Below are positions 26,955 to 38,905 of a stretch of DNA of 64,000 nucleotides, piece by piece. The stretch comes from Ramazzottius varieornatus (lineage: Eukaryota > Animalia > Tardigrada). Location of the stretch: assembly GCA_001949185.1 (NCBI GenBank), contig BDGG01000001.1:7030325-7094324 (forward strand), written 5' to 3'. A program made the translations under genes and the position numbers. The notes beneath the pieces are model-generated. The model saw only the letters and a program-made list of their open reading frames with translations. It did not search any database and had not been told where the DNA came from. How positions within the stretch are numbered: position 1 is the first letter of the stretch; the number at the start of each line of letters is the position of its first letter.

Positions 26955-28235
26955 TAACGTCGCTTTCAGTATGAAATTGCCGTTTTCAATCGTCTAATTT
27001 CTAAGATTCGTATCTTTGTTTTCCGTTGACTGTTTGATCTGATATTTTCCGTAAGTAATAACTCACTTTTCCACTATCGAATGCATGAACAGATAATGGG
27101 GTTCAGTGTTTGCGGATTTGCCTGGGAGTATTTCGAGCAAACGTGGGAAGTAGCACACTTCGGATACTTTTGGAGTACGAATTTCTTCGTGGCTCCAACG
27201 TAAGCAGGTGGTTCGGAATTTCAACACTGCCTACGGAGAGAAAGCCACTAACGACCGATCCACTCGGGTTTGGTTTGATAGTTTTCGGAAAGGAGGTTTC
27301 AGATAGGAAAATCTTCTTCGCGGAAGAACGGAATTGAAAGTGGACAACAACACGCCGAAAGAGCTGGTGGAATCCGATCCTTCCCAAACTCTAAGCGAAC
27401 TTGCAGAACAGTTTGGTGTATCTCCCAGTACTATCATGGATCATCTTCGGCAGATCGGTAAGGCGAGGAAACTTGAAACGTAGGTACCCCATCTACATAG
27501 CGCGCTGCAGAAAAAGAAGCGTTACGACGCTTGTCTTCGGAGCCTCGACCGTCTCAAGACTGACCCTTTCCTGGACCGGATCGTGGCTGTAGATGAAGAG
27601 TGGATCTTGTACGATAACAACAAGTGAAAATTCCAGTACTTGATCGCGGGGGAAGCAGCGCACCATTGCCTGAAGCCAGAGCTCCACCAACAGAAGGCAA
27701 TGGTTACAGTTTGGTGGACTACTCGAGGAGTAGCGCACTACAATTTCCTTCCACCTGCTACAACTTTCAATGCCGAGTACTACTGCCGGAATCTAGAAAG
27801 AATGACGGAAAGGCTCGCAGAGAAACAACCAAGACTCGTCAGCAAAGATGAGATCATCCTGCTGCAACACAGTGCGAGACCCCATGCCGCACAAATCACC
27901 TCCGCAAAAATCAAGGAAATTGGACATGGAACCTCCCGTTCATCCTCCCTATAGCCCCGATCTTTCTCTTTCGGAATACCACTTGTTATTAAGTCTAGGT
28001 AATTTCCTCAGAGAGAAAACATAATTCCGGAAACAAACTCTAATTTTCCTTCGAACAGTTTCTTGATTCGCTTCCTCCTGACTTCTACCGAAAAGGCATG
28101 GAAACGCTTCCTGAAAAATGGCAGAAGTGTGTCGATAGTATGGTGACTATTTTGATTAGAGAAGTAAAGATCTAAGTACAGAAAAGTTTTCGAAGTTGAC
28201 CCTGAAAAACGGCAATCTCGTTCTGAAAGACCTTA
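26955..28235 (+). mobile_element. Full-length degenerate mariner element (~1.28 kb), transposase pseudogene ~27140-28160
   Basis: TIR CTTTCAGTATGAAATTGCCGTTTT / rc CTTTCAGAACGAGATTGCCGTTTT with flanking TA. Remnants *VPHL, IVAVDEEWILYDN, QHSARPH, YSPDL, WQKCVD..GDYFD* with stops and frameshifts. Confidence 0.93.
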
Positions 28236-28329
28236 TCCCACGATCCGGGGAGTCTTTTCCCACGCACCCGAACCCAATCTTGTCCCACCGGAACGGTAGT
28301 TTAACGTGCCATGGTTGGAAAATTATTTG

Positions 28330-28518
28330 CAGACCGGTTCCAACCGGTGGTTTAGTGGTTTAGTGGTTTAGTGGTTTGGTTTATGTGGTCTGGTTTGAAA
28401 ATTAGACCAAACCACTTTTGGTGATTGGGGAAGAAAGCATTTTCATCAAACCGGTTTGACGGGCAAACCAGTACTTAAACCAAACCAAACTACGTGGTTC
28501 AAACCATTCACAGCTCTA
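28330..28518. mobile_element. Right end of a GGTTT/AAACC-motif hAT-like element
   Basis: Clustered GGTTT/AAACC including ~4 copies of GTGGTTTA, terminus CACAGCTCTA (rc TAGAGCTGTG). Partner end not found. Confidence 0.45.
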
Positions 28519-28767
28519 AAGGCGAGCGTTTGAGCTGTGATAAATTATTATTCTGTTATCGACAAGCTATTCTTAGCATCAATATGCCGTAGCTAGCGTC
28601 TGCCGACGTTCATACCAAATACACTCCGTTTTGAAATCTGTTTTCAAAAATGTTTCGGTAGTTTTCAATTTACTTTTCTTTTTTACACCATCTCTCCAAC
28701 ATAAAGACAATGCAGGATCGTGTAAACGGACTGCATTACAACTATCATGAAGCTCATAGGGTTATTG

Positions 28768-30192
28768 TTATTCCTGCTCATTGCGAGTTGTGAGTGTGAC
28801 TGTGTTACGACGAGTGGTAAGACCATTTTTGGCAACGCTTTGACCCTGCAAAAGCGGCAGGTTGTTCGATGCTGAAGAAGAGGAAATAGCTGACGAGCGA
28901 GTACTATTTCTCGGAAAAGGCTTCCGCTGAAGTAAGTACCGACGGAATCTTGCGCTGACCATGCAGTACAACAGGAAGTCCAGCGAGTAGTTCAGCAAGG
29001 AGATGATGGACAGCAGCGGATAGTAGAATGGCGAACATTCCTCACTACTTCCGGTAATTTTGAGCAGTTTGCAGTAAGCGTTCGGCGCTTGCGTCACAAT
29101 GTAAAGAGCAGCACTACCAAGGAGGATACAGTTGATATTTCGTGTTTGGCGACATCTTTGCTGTGATAATTTGTGGCTAGCAAAAACAGGACGCGATTGT
29201 GACTGTCGAGATAATTGAAAGACGAAAGCAGCGTTCAGCAGAGTCAAGATTATCCACTTGCAAACTCCCATCAGCAACTGGAGCAAAAATGAAAGTCATC
29301 GTAAAAAGATTATTATATCATAGCAGTTAATCGCGCTATAGATGATCAAGCTCAAATTCGATGTTTTCCATGCCATTGTGGAAAGCCTACCTCTGAGTAA
29401 TCATAAAGACTATCCCAGTCCGTCATCTCGGGACCGATGACAATTTTGGTAGTTGTACCCGGTGGGAAATCCGCTCGGCGCCACAGGTAATAATAAGGGA
29501 CAACCAGCAATTCCGAACAAAACGTTGCAGCCAAGAGGAAAAGAACCAAAACGTTCCGTATCGCTGTTTCCTTACTGATGGCTTCGTTAAACTTTAATGG
29601 GCGGGAAACCACCACGAGTCTTTCAGCCGAGAAAGTAATCAACGTCCTACAAAAAAGAATAAATACGTGAGTCGTTGATGATTTCTTCTAGAAACCTCGC
29701 CGATTAACTTCCAATACCAGTCTGATAGCTGCAAAAAAGTGTCACGCCACCATTCCACCACTCCTTTTGACTGCAGATACTGTTCCCAGCACAACGAGTT
29801 GTCGTGGTCGCAGGTTGGATCGACATTCACCACGTAATGCCCCATGTAGAACCACCTAATAGTATGCAATAACGTCACCACTTCTCTTTGTTTTGACGCT
29901 CCTGAATATGAATCAGTGTTGGTAAAAAGGAAACCATCGTCAAGTCTTACAGGACAAACAAGTCGCTTAGAGCAACAGTCGAAAGGTAAATGGCAGTACT
30001 GCTTTTGTCGGGCAGTCGTAACCATACCGAAAGGCTCAAGGAATTTCCAATAGTGCAGATTAGTAACAAAACAGGATACGCAATAAGATGGAGATAGACC
30101 ACCAAAGACTTGATTTCTTCCGAGCGCTCGTGTGAATTGAACGGTTGGTTGTAGTGCACGGTTGTATTGGAATAAATGCAGTTCTTCTCCAT
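28768..30192 (-). CDS. Class A (rhodopsin-like) GPCR, probable peptide receptor, 4 exons
   Basis: TM1 CTIGNSLSL, TM2 YLSTVALSDLFVL, TM3 TFSAERLVVVSRPL, TM6 YIVTQAPNA, TM7 LNYSLDFLLYCMVSARFR. Confidence 0.88.
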
Positions 30193-30952
30193 TCAAATAC
30201 CGGCATACAAAATCTAATCATTGAAACTGGGAACAGATCTGGCGATTTCAGATATATATGGCGATAGGCAGTAGTCAACACCCAATGAAGCGCATATTAC
30301 TGTTAAGAATTCATGAAACTGCGCTCGAGCGGATATGCCGCAATCTAAAGTAGGCATGAGTTCGCCGTTTTCCCGGGGATACTTCGGCTCCATCCCCAAC
30401 CGTAAACATTTGTGGGCACTTTCCCCATGGAATAACGGCACGCTATCGGCGGACTATTGTCGGGTCGGCAGATTGAAGTTATCTTAGGAGGATCACCAAA
30501 TCGATCGATTAAACTTAAGTTTGGCCAAGTGTATGCGTAGTTTGGCAGGCTGGAAGAACTAATGGTGCCAATGGACCCAAAAACGTCTCTAAAATTATCG
30601 AAACAGCTGCAGTACGGCAAGATATATCGCTTCACAGGCGAAGCAACGGTTATATGAATGCTGATGATGGATAGATATGGAATCATGACTAGAAGTAGAA
30701 AGTACTATTTGTGTGCACGGCACATACAGCACAGCCGACCACAACTTGAGTATTTCGGCCTGACGATGTCGCACTACTTGATGCTTAGAGCGGCTCCACT
30801 GATATCCAGAGTTAGTATACACCATACTTGCAGGCCATCGATTTGTTGAGCGTATATCACTGGTCCCAGAGCTTGACGCAAGTGAAAAGGGGCCCGCCCA
30901 CTGAACAGCTGCTACTGCTAAGTGCGCCATCAATACCAATAAAGTCAGTTAA

Positions 30953-31480
30953 CACTTGTAGCACAACCGTACTCATTGTGAGTACAATGTGTCAGTTTCA
31001 CTCGCCTCCCGATTTTAGCTTTTGGTCTTTCGGGTTGGGGATTTTTTGTTTGCCTGCAACTCGATCTTGTCATTAAGTTGAGATTAATGACCAGTGGTCA
31101 GCGAAAACGCAGAACGCTAGCAAAAAGTTTTACGATTTCGGGTGGTTTCGGTGGTATTTCAGTCTTCGTCTTCTTACTGGAGGCACATACGCAACACTCG
31201 TTCTGAAAAAATCTGAAACAGTGAGGACAATTCCCTTTACCGAAACCAAGCCTGGGACAAATTTTCTTGTCATCGGAATGCTTTAGAGAAAATCAAAATG
31301 GCAAGGACTACTTTCCCCAGGTTGAACTCCACGGCCTGCCAATCTTCGAAATTTCTAAATTTCCTAAATTATCTATTGGCTGGCCCCGCCTCCTTTGCAT
31401 CACCTCAGCCAACCAAAGTCTTGTACTCACAAAGAGAACGGTGGTATTTTGCGAACATGAAAACCTTCGTGCTGTAAGTG
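30953..31480. mobile_element. Non-autonomous piggyBac-like element
   Basis: TTAA at 30949-52 and 31481-84. Ends CACTTGTAGCAC / rc CACTTACAGCAC. Asymmetric internal inverted repeat ACCGT.CTC.TTGTGAGTACAA. Confidence 0.78.
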
Positions 31481-31599
31481 TTAAACGATCATACGCACGT
31501 CTCCGTATGTCTACGTGAAGTTAGGGGCCGTTCAGGGCCGGCGTGTTGGTGTCACGCTAGGTACGTTAACACTGGGACCTCAACTTTTGTGCGCTACCG

Positions 31600-31743
31600 C
31601 CCGGATGCAGTGCAGTACCGGTACAGTTGCAGTTTGGAAAACCGCAGAAAAATGCAGATGCACTGAAGTTGCAGTTTCTAGAAATCGGATGCAGTGCAAA
31701 AGCAGCACTGGTTTTAGCTGCTGCTGCAGCCTGCAGGGCTCCA
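31600..31743. mobile_element. Truncated end of a TGCA-motif DNA transposon
   Basis: TGCAG repeats ending TGCAGGGCTCCA, like 14785-14900. Confidence 0.5.
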
Positions 31744-31847
31744 ATACGGTCCATAAAAAGTCCGTTTGGGCAAACTTGTCACCACCCTTTGTAAAACTTG
31801 ATTCTCTCCCAATAACGATTTCTGAGAGCTGTTTCTACTTTTGTCTA

Positions 31848-34540
31848 CGAGGGAAGGGTTGTTGAGTTAGCCGCCCCATGCTGCGGTTGTTGAGTTAGCC
31901 ACCCTTGCGGTATGTGGTGGAGCACAGGCGGTGCTATAGCCTTGAGTCGTGGTATAAGTAATAGCGCCTTTTCAAACTGCGGTGTAGTGGACACCATACC
32001 GTCAAATACACAGTACGTAGGTTTTGACATCTTCGTGACTGCACTATCCATCGCACAACCAGCTCATTACACTTCCCTAAAATCTTATTCAATACAACAA
32101 ATAATATCGAGGTCGGAATACTGATTAAGAGGCGAAACAGCGGAACCCGCTTCAAATCATAGGGTCGATTATCCCTCAACCTATCTTTTGTTTCTTTGCA
32201 ACACGCGTCCGTCTTGGTGGAAATTCTTGGGCAATGTCTTCTGGCTCGTGACTCGATGATGCTTTTCGCTTCGTCAAGTTGAGCTTTCTGACCGCTACGC
32301 TCTCTCCAGCTTTATGCAAAATGCTTGATGTTTCCTGAACTCCCTCTTGATTAGACTTCGACTTTCGTTTTGCAGCTTTAGAGGCGTTCTTAGCTGCTTT
32401 CACAGCAGCCCGTTTTGCGGCCTGCGCAGACTGAAAGTTGTCCTCGTTGGTCAAACCTCCAGCATCAAGGTTCAGGTGATCGTTTTTTTCTCGACGTCCT
32501 TTCTTTGGTGCGACAGTGAACAGCGGAGCTTGGAGTGAAGCAGCTAGCACGGCACCCGGAGTCACACCTCGCTGCTTTAACCTGATGAATTCCAGAATGT
32601 CGTCACGATCTTTCTGGTCAACGATATCAAGCTAAGTAGACAAGGATTCCGTGAAACGTTCAAAAATGGGCTGATAGTCTTTTGCAGCGACCTCCTTCGG
32701 GATCACACGATCACTAGGACAACGACGAATCTTTACAGTGGCACGAATTACTTCAGGACTGAATGGAAACAGTCCCGATTTTTGGAATCCGGATACGAGA
32801 TTCTGTCCAGCGTTGAAAGACTGTTGAGGGAGGCATTCTTCCGTATGAAACAACAGTTTTACCAGATGAGACAAAAGATCATCCTTCGTCACCTGAGAAT
32901 TACATCACATTAAATAATCACCACTAAATTTCACTGAAATACCACTGTTGAAATCTCACCAGTCCTCCTATCATATTGTGACGGTGCCTCAAGTATTCAG
33001 CCCACGATTTCTCGACTTGCCCAAACACGGAGATATCAAAAGGCTGCAGATGGCTCGTTTGTCCAGCAGGTAGTGCGAAGACGTAAACGATCTTGCCGGT
33101 TACTGCCTCGAATTCTTTGATGTATTTCATCAAAGTGAAATTGTTGACATGAGAAAAGTGTCCATCCACGAAATATCACATTCTATAATAAGACACAGAT
33201 GACATCATAGTATAGGAATCAGTGAACTCTACAACACGAAAAATCGCTCACTGTGTAGTGACGTAGTGCGTAACGTATTGAATACACTGTGGCTAACCTT
33301 CATTTTAGTCATTGCCGGAAATACTACCAACTTAAGGTAATTGGCGAAGTGAAGTTGATCCATGGTTCCGGAATCATTCACTCTTTGATAGCAGTGTCCA
33401 CTTGTACCATTTAGTCGAGAGCGAACGTGTCGTTTACCGGAAAAGAGTGCCATGAACGGAAGTTGAAGTCGAGCGGCGTTACCACATGGTAGTATAGTCA
33501 CCAGTTCTTTCTCCGTTCCATCAAATTGGGAATAAATTTGACGCATTCTTTTTCGTCCTACCACCCTGTCGAACATTTCTGCAGTATTAAAGGCTGACTC
33601 GTTCAGATTCCACACTTGTTCTGGTTCGTCGAGGAAGTCTCGGTGGAAAAGTAACTCCGTCAGCTTGCTGATGTATTTGTCCGCTAGTTCATGTGTCCAT
33701 TCGCGGTCTTTCTGTCGGTTATTTGCGTGGTTTACTCGTATGGACAACGTGGGATGTCGCTGCAGAAATCGACGGAAATGTTGATCGTTGAAGGCTGTGT
33801 GCTTTAGGCCTAAAACATGTTGAGATTAAAATACGATCGACGTAAGCAAGATCGGAAGACAAATTACGAGAATAAATAATTCCACGCACCAAGTCGCTTA
33901 TTCATCTCCACGATTGCTGCCGCGCAGTGCTGTCGATTTAGCGGAATTCCCGTATCAGAGCAAGCCAGCAAAAAGTCAGCAAGAGCTTCTTCTTGATGAG
34001 GTATTTTCGGCTGCTTTCCGTGAGGCCCAAGATGCCGATTGATCAGCCGATTACTCAGCGTCCGTCGATTGACTCCGTACAGCATTGCTGATTTCCGCTC
34101 ACTCCATCCCAGTTTGTGCACGGCATGAGATGCTGCCTCCAATGTAAGTTAAGCATGAGCTCCTGTTGCAGTCTTCAGCTGGGGAGATGTCATTTTTGAC
34201 TTACGGTGAAAATACAAAAAGTGCAGCAAAAGGAATTTGGCCCTGTCGTATAAAATCAAGTCACGTCGTCAACTAAATTTACGCTGCGAGCGCCTCTAGT
34301 GGTCTCGAGTTCATTTCTGGTCCAGGCTCTGTAACATGGGATTCAAGCGTTCTAAAATGTGAAGATCGGTAGTCTTCCAGAACCCAACTTCGGTTACACA
34401 TAGTATTATCCGGCAGCCCCTCATTTTCTCTATCGATCCATCCGAAATAATTTGGGTGTTAGTCACAGATAAGAGGCGAAAATATGTGGCTAACTGAACA
34501 ACCTCGACATAGGCCGGCTAACTCAACAACCTTTCCCTCG
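31848..34540 (-). mobile_element. pogo/Tigger-like DNA transposon (2.7 kb)
   Basis: TA TSD (31846-47, 34541-42). ~55-bp TIR CGAGGGAA(G/A)GGTTGTTGAGTTAGCCG with an internal direct repeat of GGTTGTT(G/C)AGTTAGCC. Confidence 0.93.
32176..34193 (-). pseudogene. pogo/CENP-B-like (HTH_psq, HTH, DDE_1) transposase pseudogene with 3 introns
   Basis: SERKSAMLYGVNRRTL, VWNLNESAF, VTILPCGNAA..LPFMALF, VDGHFSH, LPAGQTSHLQPFDISVFG, SGFQKSGLFPF. Premature stops (~34150, 32632) and a frameshift (~33172). Confidence 0.9.
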
Positions 34541-35744
34541 TAGCCCCAACTTTCCTCTTTCAAAAAGTACTGGACATCCCGAATCGAACTACCGATGTCC
34601 AAACACCGATCACAAAGTCTCACAAATAGCGCATCTGATCTAGTATCGGACGCGCTAGAGTTTGCGTGAAATGGGTGATGCTGGATTTTAGCAGACTTGA
34701 ATCCGAACAAAAACAGTTAATGCTCGGTCGGACGACGACTCTCACCCAAACAATTTCTTCTCGGCAACCAATGGTACTTTCAAAGGATTCGTTTTTGGTT
34801 GATTCTAGTAGTTTATTGGCAGGGCTTTCACCCGTAGCTTAAAAGTTAGGCCCTGAAGCTCTCATGGTGAATTTTCCGACAACTGAAAAATCAGTGGTGA
34901 CAACCTTCCTTGAACGGGCTGTACATGCAATCGCTGCGGGCAACGGCGGCGGTTTGAATTATTCAAAGTGGCTATACTTTCCACTGTGGTATGTATCACC
35001 AGAGTCCATATGCTCTCCAGTCCTCCAGCATCGATTGCAAGAACGGCGAAACAGAATCAGCTGTTTGGGAAACTTCTAGCACGGCTAAGCGAACACCCGG
35101 AAACACCCGAGTTCTGATTGGTTCAGGTGCATGCACTCACCCGCCTATCGGCTGCAGGGTGGTGCATGACGGTCTCCGTATTACATATTAAGGCGCGACA
35201 AGCACATGCATTCCTAGGTGCTCGCTTGCCATTTATGAGCAGGAACGAGGGCATCGATGTGACGATGTTTCTGTCGTTTGCTGCAATCGGCTTTAAGACT
35301 ATGTTTCCACACTTCTGATATCGCCCTTCTGTACAGCTGGAGGACTATAGAGAATATATGGACTCTGGTATCACTCTGCTAGTACTGCACTGTGGCGTGT
35401 TTAAGGAAGCTGCTCGAAAGTAAGCCTTCAGCTATCGCGGACCATCACATGATCACATCCGGTTTCCTTTATGTGAAAGCAGGCTATGCATTTGTGTGTC
35501 GGTACAGTCGCAACAGGTGCCGGCAGCAATATATTCAACGATATTTTTGCTCACCTGAAGAGGCTGTGAACCGTCAGTTAGCTGGGACTCTTTGCGGACT
35601 TCGTACCAATTAAAGAACTGACCGGATAGTCGGGTCAACGTGAATAACGTGGTCGATGTATGTATTAGTCAGTTGATCGCTACGACACCAAGCTAAAGTG
35701 GAAACGTGTCACGTCTTCATTGAAGACAATAATCTACACTAAAA

Positions 35745-35990
35745 AAAATGAGGAAGCTCTATTGGCACTTGCTGCTTGAAGAACTGAAAAGAACGTGATT
35801 CGCCAGGCACTTCGGCCACCTTCCTTCCGACAGCTTCAAACAACTTCGTCGCGCAAGGTCTCCATGGTCCTAGGGTCTCCAGTCTGACAGGATAGAACCG
35901 CAACTGGCTTCCAATATCCCGGTACTTCGTTATCTTTCTCTTTTCGGCTGCGTCTGCGGCGAATCCGGCTTTAGACGTGGACAAGTGGAA
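35745..35990 (-). mobile_element. 3' fragment of an RLE-type (CRE-like) non-LTR retrotransposon
   Basis: AGFAADAAEKRKITKY..FYPVRLETLGPW..A..LFEAVGRKVAE..GE.RS..FF.QQ matches the C-terminal restriction-like endonuclease region of CRE-clade elements. Confidence 0.7.
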
Positions 35991-36974
35991 GCTGTTCGTA
36001 CAACCAGCAGGGGTTTTTCAATCCACCGGGTGGCAAAAGCGCCAAATTTACAGTCCTCGTTTCAGACATTACAGCGGCGGAAGAATGATTTGTTACTCCT
36101 CGAAGCCAGGTTTTCAAAAGCTTTTCCTGACTTTAAACTCATCTTTCTTAATCGGCTTATCCGCCCATACTAGTAAGTAGTTAGTCACTTTCGCCAGTTT
36201 TATGGAGGATGATTCACACCGCTGCCGCAGAAGACTGTGAAAAAAGAAACGACCTCCTCGAAAGCACATTTAACACCCTCTTCGAGGGCAAATTTTCCTG
36301 CTCGCCGGATGACAATCTGAATTCTCGAGCAGGTGATGGCTTGTTGGAAAAAGGTTCAGTTATAAGAGGGGTTGATGCAAGTTTCCCGCCCTGGTTCGCA
36401 CAGTTTTGTCGGTGTCGTGTATGGTACTAGTATCAGGACTTGGTAGTTTGAGAACATCGTAAAGTGTTTCACTTTCACTTTCACTCGTACAAAAAGTTAA
36501 GCTGGCAATAGCTCAGCTCAGACCTGGCGTTCAGCCTAACTAGCGTGTGACAAAAGTTGAGTGACTTTGCCCAAATGGAGGCACTCTTGATTCGGATGCG
36601 ACGCGAATCCGAATGCTCCCTTTATTGAGCAGGGAACCAGTACAGGAAATCTAGGGTGGGCGGGTGGACGAGAGGTATTCTCGTGTCACGAATGAAATGA
36701 AAACGAATGAAATGAAGTTTGCTCATCGGCAAGAAACGTCATCGAGAAGAATGTAGGCCATGTTGAACAGAGAGGAGGACGTACAGATAAGGAGCCCAAT
36801 ATCGAGAACGAAAGGCCAAATGAAGGAAGTAACGATGCGAAACAGCGTGAGCTCAAGCGAGCAGGAAACAAGGTGTGGTGTCATGGGGAAAGCAGTGGGC
36901 AGCACAGTTAACCAAAACTAAACTCGATTCAATTTCGATTAACGGAAGTTCCGTTTATATAAATAAACGAACCA

Positions 36975-37088
36975 ATCGGCATCGAAATTTATTTATCGGC
37001 ATCGAAATTTATTTATCGGCATCGAAATTTATTTATCGGCATCGAAATTTATTTATCGGCATCGAAATTTATTTATCGGCATCGAAAT
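36975..37088. repeat. Minisatellite, 20-bp unit ATCGGCATCGAAATTTATTT x ~5.7
   Basis: Five perfect copies plus a partial sixth. Confidence 0.97.
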
Positions 37089-37176
37089 ATAAATTTAAGC
37101 CCCCGTCCTGTAGCTAGGCTTTACTCCAGTCCATCCATTCATGCTCTGATCGAATCACCGTAGACCCACCGCCGTC

Positions 37177-38289
37177 CAGTGCTGTATTTAGTTTCAGTCT
37201 CGAACTCAGTTACAGTTTCAGTCCGACAAGAATATTTTAGTCCAGAGCTGCGCAGTTTCAGTTCGGAGCTTCAAGCAATCGAATTTTAGTCCCGACCATT
37301 TTAGTTTCCGACTTTTAAGACAAACTTCAGTCTCTCGAATTCGAGTTTTAGTCAAAAAATTTAGTTTCAGTCCCAACCAATTTAGTTTTAGTTTTTTTAA
37401 AATGGTTTTAGTCTTCCATATTCCACATTTAGTCCCGACATGGAGATTTTAGCTAGAACTAGTTTTGTTCCAGTCTTTTGAATTTGAGCTCGGAAACGAG
37501 TGTTGTCACCCACTAAATCCCAAACTACAGTGCTATGATACAATGTGCACCCTGACTGTTACATTTTGGAAAAAGGCACCGACTTTCTTCCAGCAGGCCA
37601 TGTTTCTAACCGACAACAAAGTTCACTCACTATGCTATTCTCGACACGACGACTTGACAAGAATTCCGCAGTTGGGTCTGAATCTCACATTTCATAAAAA
37701 CTCTCGCGGTTCAGTCATCAGGTCCCGGGGACTGTATTTTATGGGTATTTCACGTGACTGCGCAAACTTTCGCGGAATACAGTAGCTCGTTCAAAAAGTT
37801 GAAAAAATCTCAAAAATGTCCTTGTCCTGCAGTAACCGATTTACAGTGCTGTTGCAGTGGATGCTATTAAAGTGGAGGCACCGATCCAGGAATGGCCTCA
37901 GCGACGGTATGAGAACTCCTACCAAAGAACTCATAACCGCCCGGAGGACCGTGGCCAGGCGGGTGAACCCATCTTCGCACCGGACACTGCGGTCTTGACG
38001 TTCTGATTTTTTTCTCAGGTTTCGCATTTTAGTCTCTGGCTTTTGAATTTTCGTCCCGGTATGTTAGTTTCACCCTCAGAAATTTCAGTTTTGGTCCCAG
38101 CCTTGGCACTATAGCCTCCTGATTCTGAATTATTGTTTCAGCATTTCAGTTATCGTCTCAGCTTTTCCATTCTGGTCTTTGCCTCTCAGCTTTCGTCCCG
38201 CATTTCCGTTTCACTCTCGATTTTAGTCCCGGGACTGAAAGAAATAACCAAATCTGTTTTCCTCTAGACGGTTACTGAATACAACACTG
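37177..38289. mobile_element. hAT non-autonomous element with TTTAGT/TTCAGT subterminal repeats
   Basis: TIR CAGTGCTGTATTTAGT / rc CAGTGTTGTATTCAGT. Perfect 8-bp TSD CCGCCGTC (37169-76, 38290-97). Confidence 0.93.
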
Positions 38290-38905
38290 CCGCCGTCGCC
38301 CCGAAACAGGGTGCCGTTGAAGGTAGTACCCCTACCCATCCGACTACTGCAGTTGGGCATTTGAATCCGACGATCTGAAGTCTAGCATCGTTGACCTGCT
38401 CGTTTGTGCTGGGTGTGCTGCAGGCGAAGACAACTGCAAGGTAAATCCCCCATGAGCGACATATTTCGACGGATTTCTCTCAATGAATTAAACCTATCGC
38501 AGGGTACAGCTGCAGTGTACCGGTAGCTTATGAAGCAACGTTGCAAGCGACAGCGGTAGACCTTTATTCTGCCTAAACAGAACAGCGCTACATTCTAGCT
38601 AATTCGGTATCGGGCTGGTTTTAAAGTGTGATGTGACCAATTGCTCACTGCCTGTGCTCTGCGAGTATAATTGAGAGCTCTTAGGCTGCTTATACGCGGA
38701 GCGGTAGGTTTTGACATAGTGCGATTATGGCGGAAAGCGAATAAACTGCACAGTGCAGACAACAGACAAGTTTGCGAGTACATTCAAAATAGCACGGTAT
38801 AAATATTATACAAAAGCAAAGACTTGAAAAGTGTGTTTTAGCGTTTCGTCAGGTGTTTTGGCGGGTAGCACAGTTTGTGACTGGCTAACCCGATTTTATC
38901 TGAAT

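Larger units (their letters stand above)
31756..34923. mobile_element. Older Tc1/mariner-type MITE interrupted by the pogo element
   Basis: Degenerate TIR AGTCCGTTTGGGCAAACTTGTCACCAC / rc AGCCCGTTCAAGGAAGGTTGTCACCAC, further match TGAGAGCT..ACTTTT..CTA, TA at right end. Confidence 0.55.

Noticed and set aside
28345-28382. (GTGGTTTA)n as an interstitial telomeric repeat
   Set aside because: Only ~4 copies, embedded in GGTTT/AAACC subterminal repeats of a transposon end.
30214-31076. Short ORFs upstream of the GPCR, and most antisense ORFs over real genes
   Set aside because: No recognisable motifs or splice structure. Antisense ORFs are shadows of coding exons.
22803-31743. Giant hAT element (TAGAGCCCT..AGGGCTCCA) capturing the CSP paralog and GPCR
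   Set aside because: Match is only ~9 bp, with no TSD and no TGCA repeats at the left end.
36975-37088. Possible CRISPR array
   Set aside because: Head-to-tail repeats with no spacers, in a eukaryotic context.
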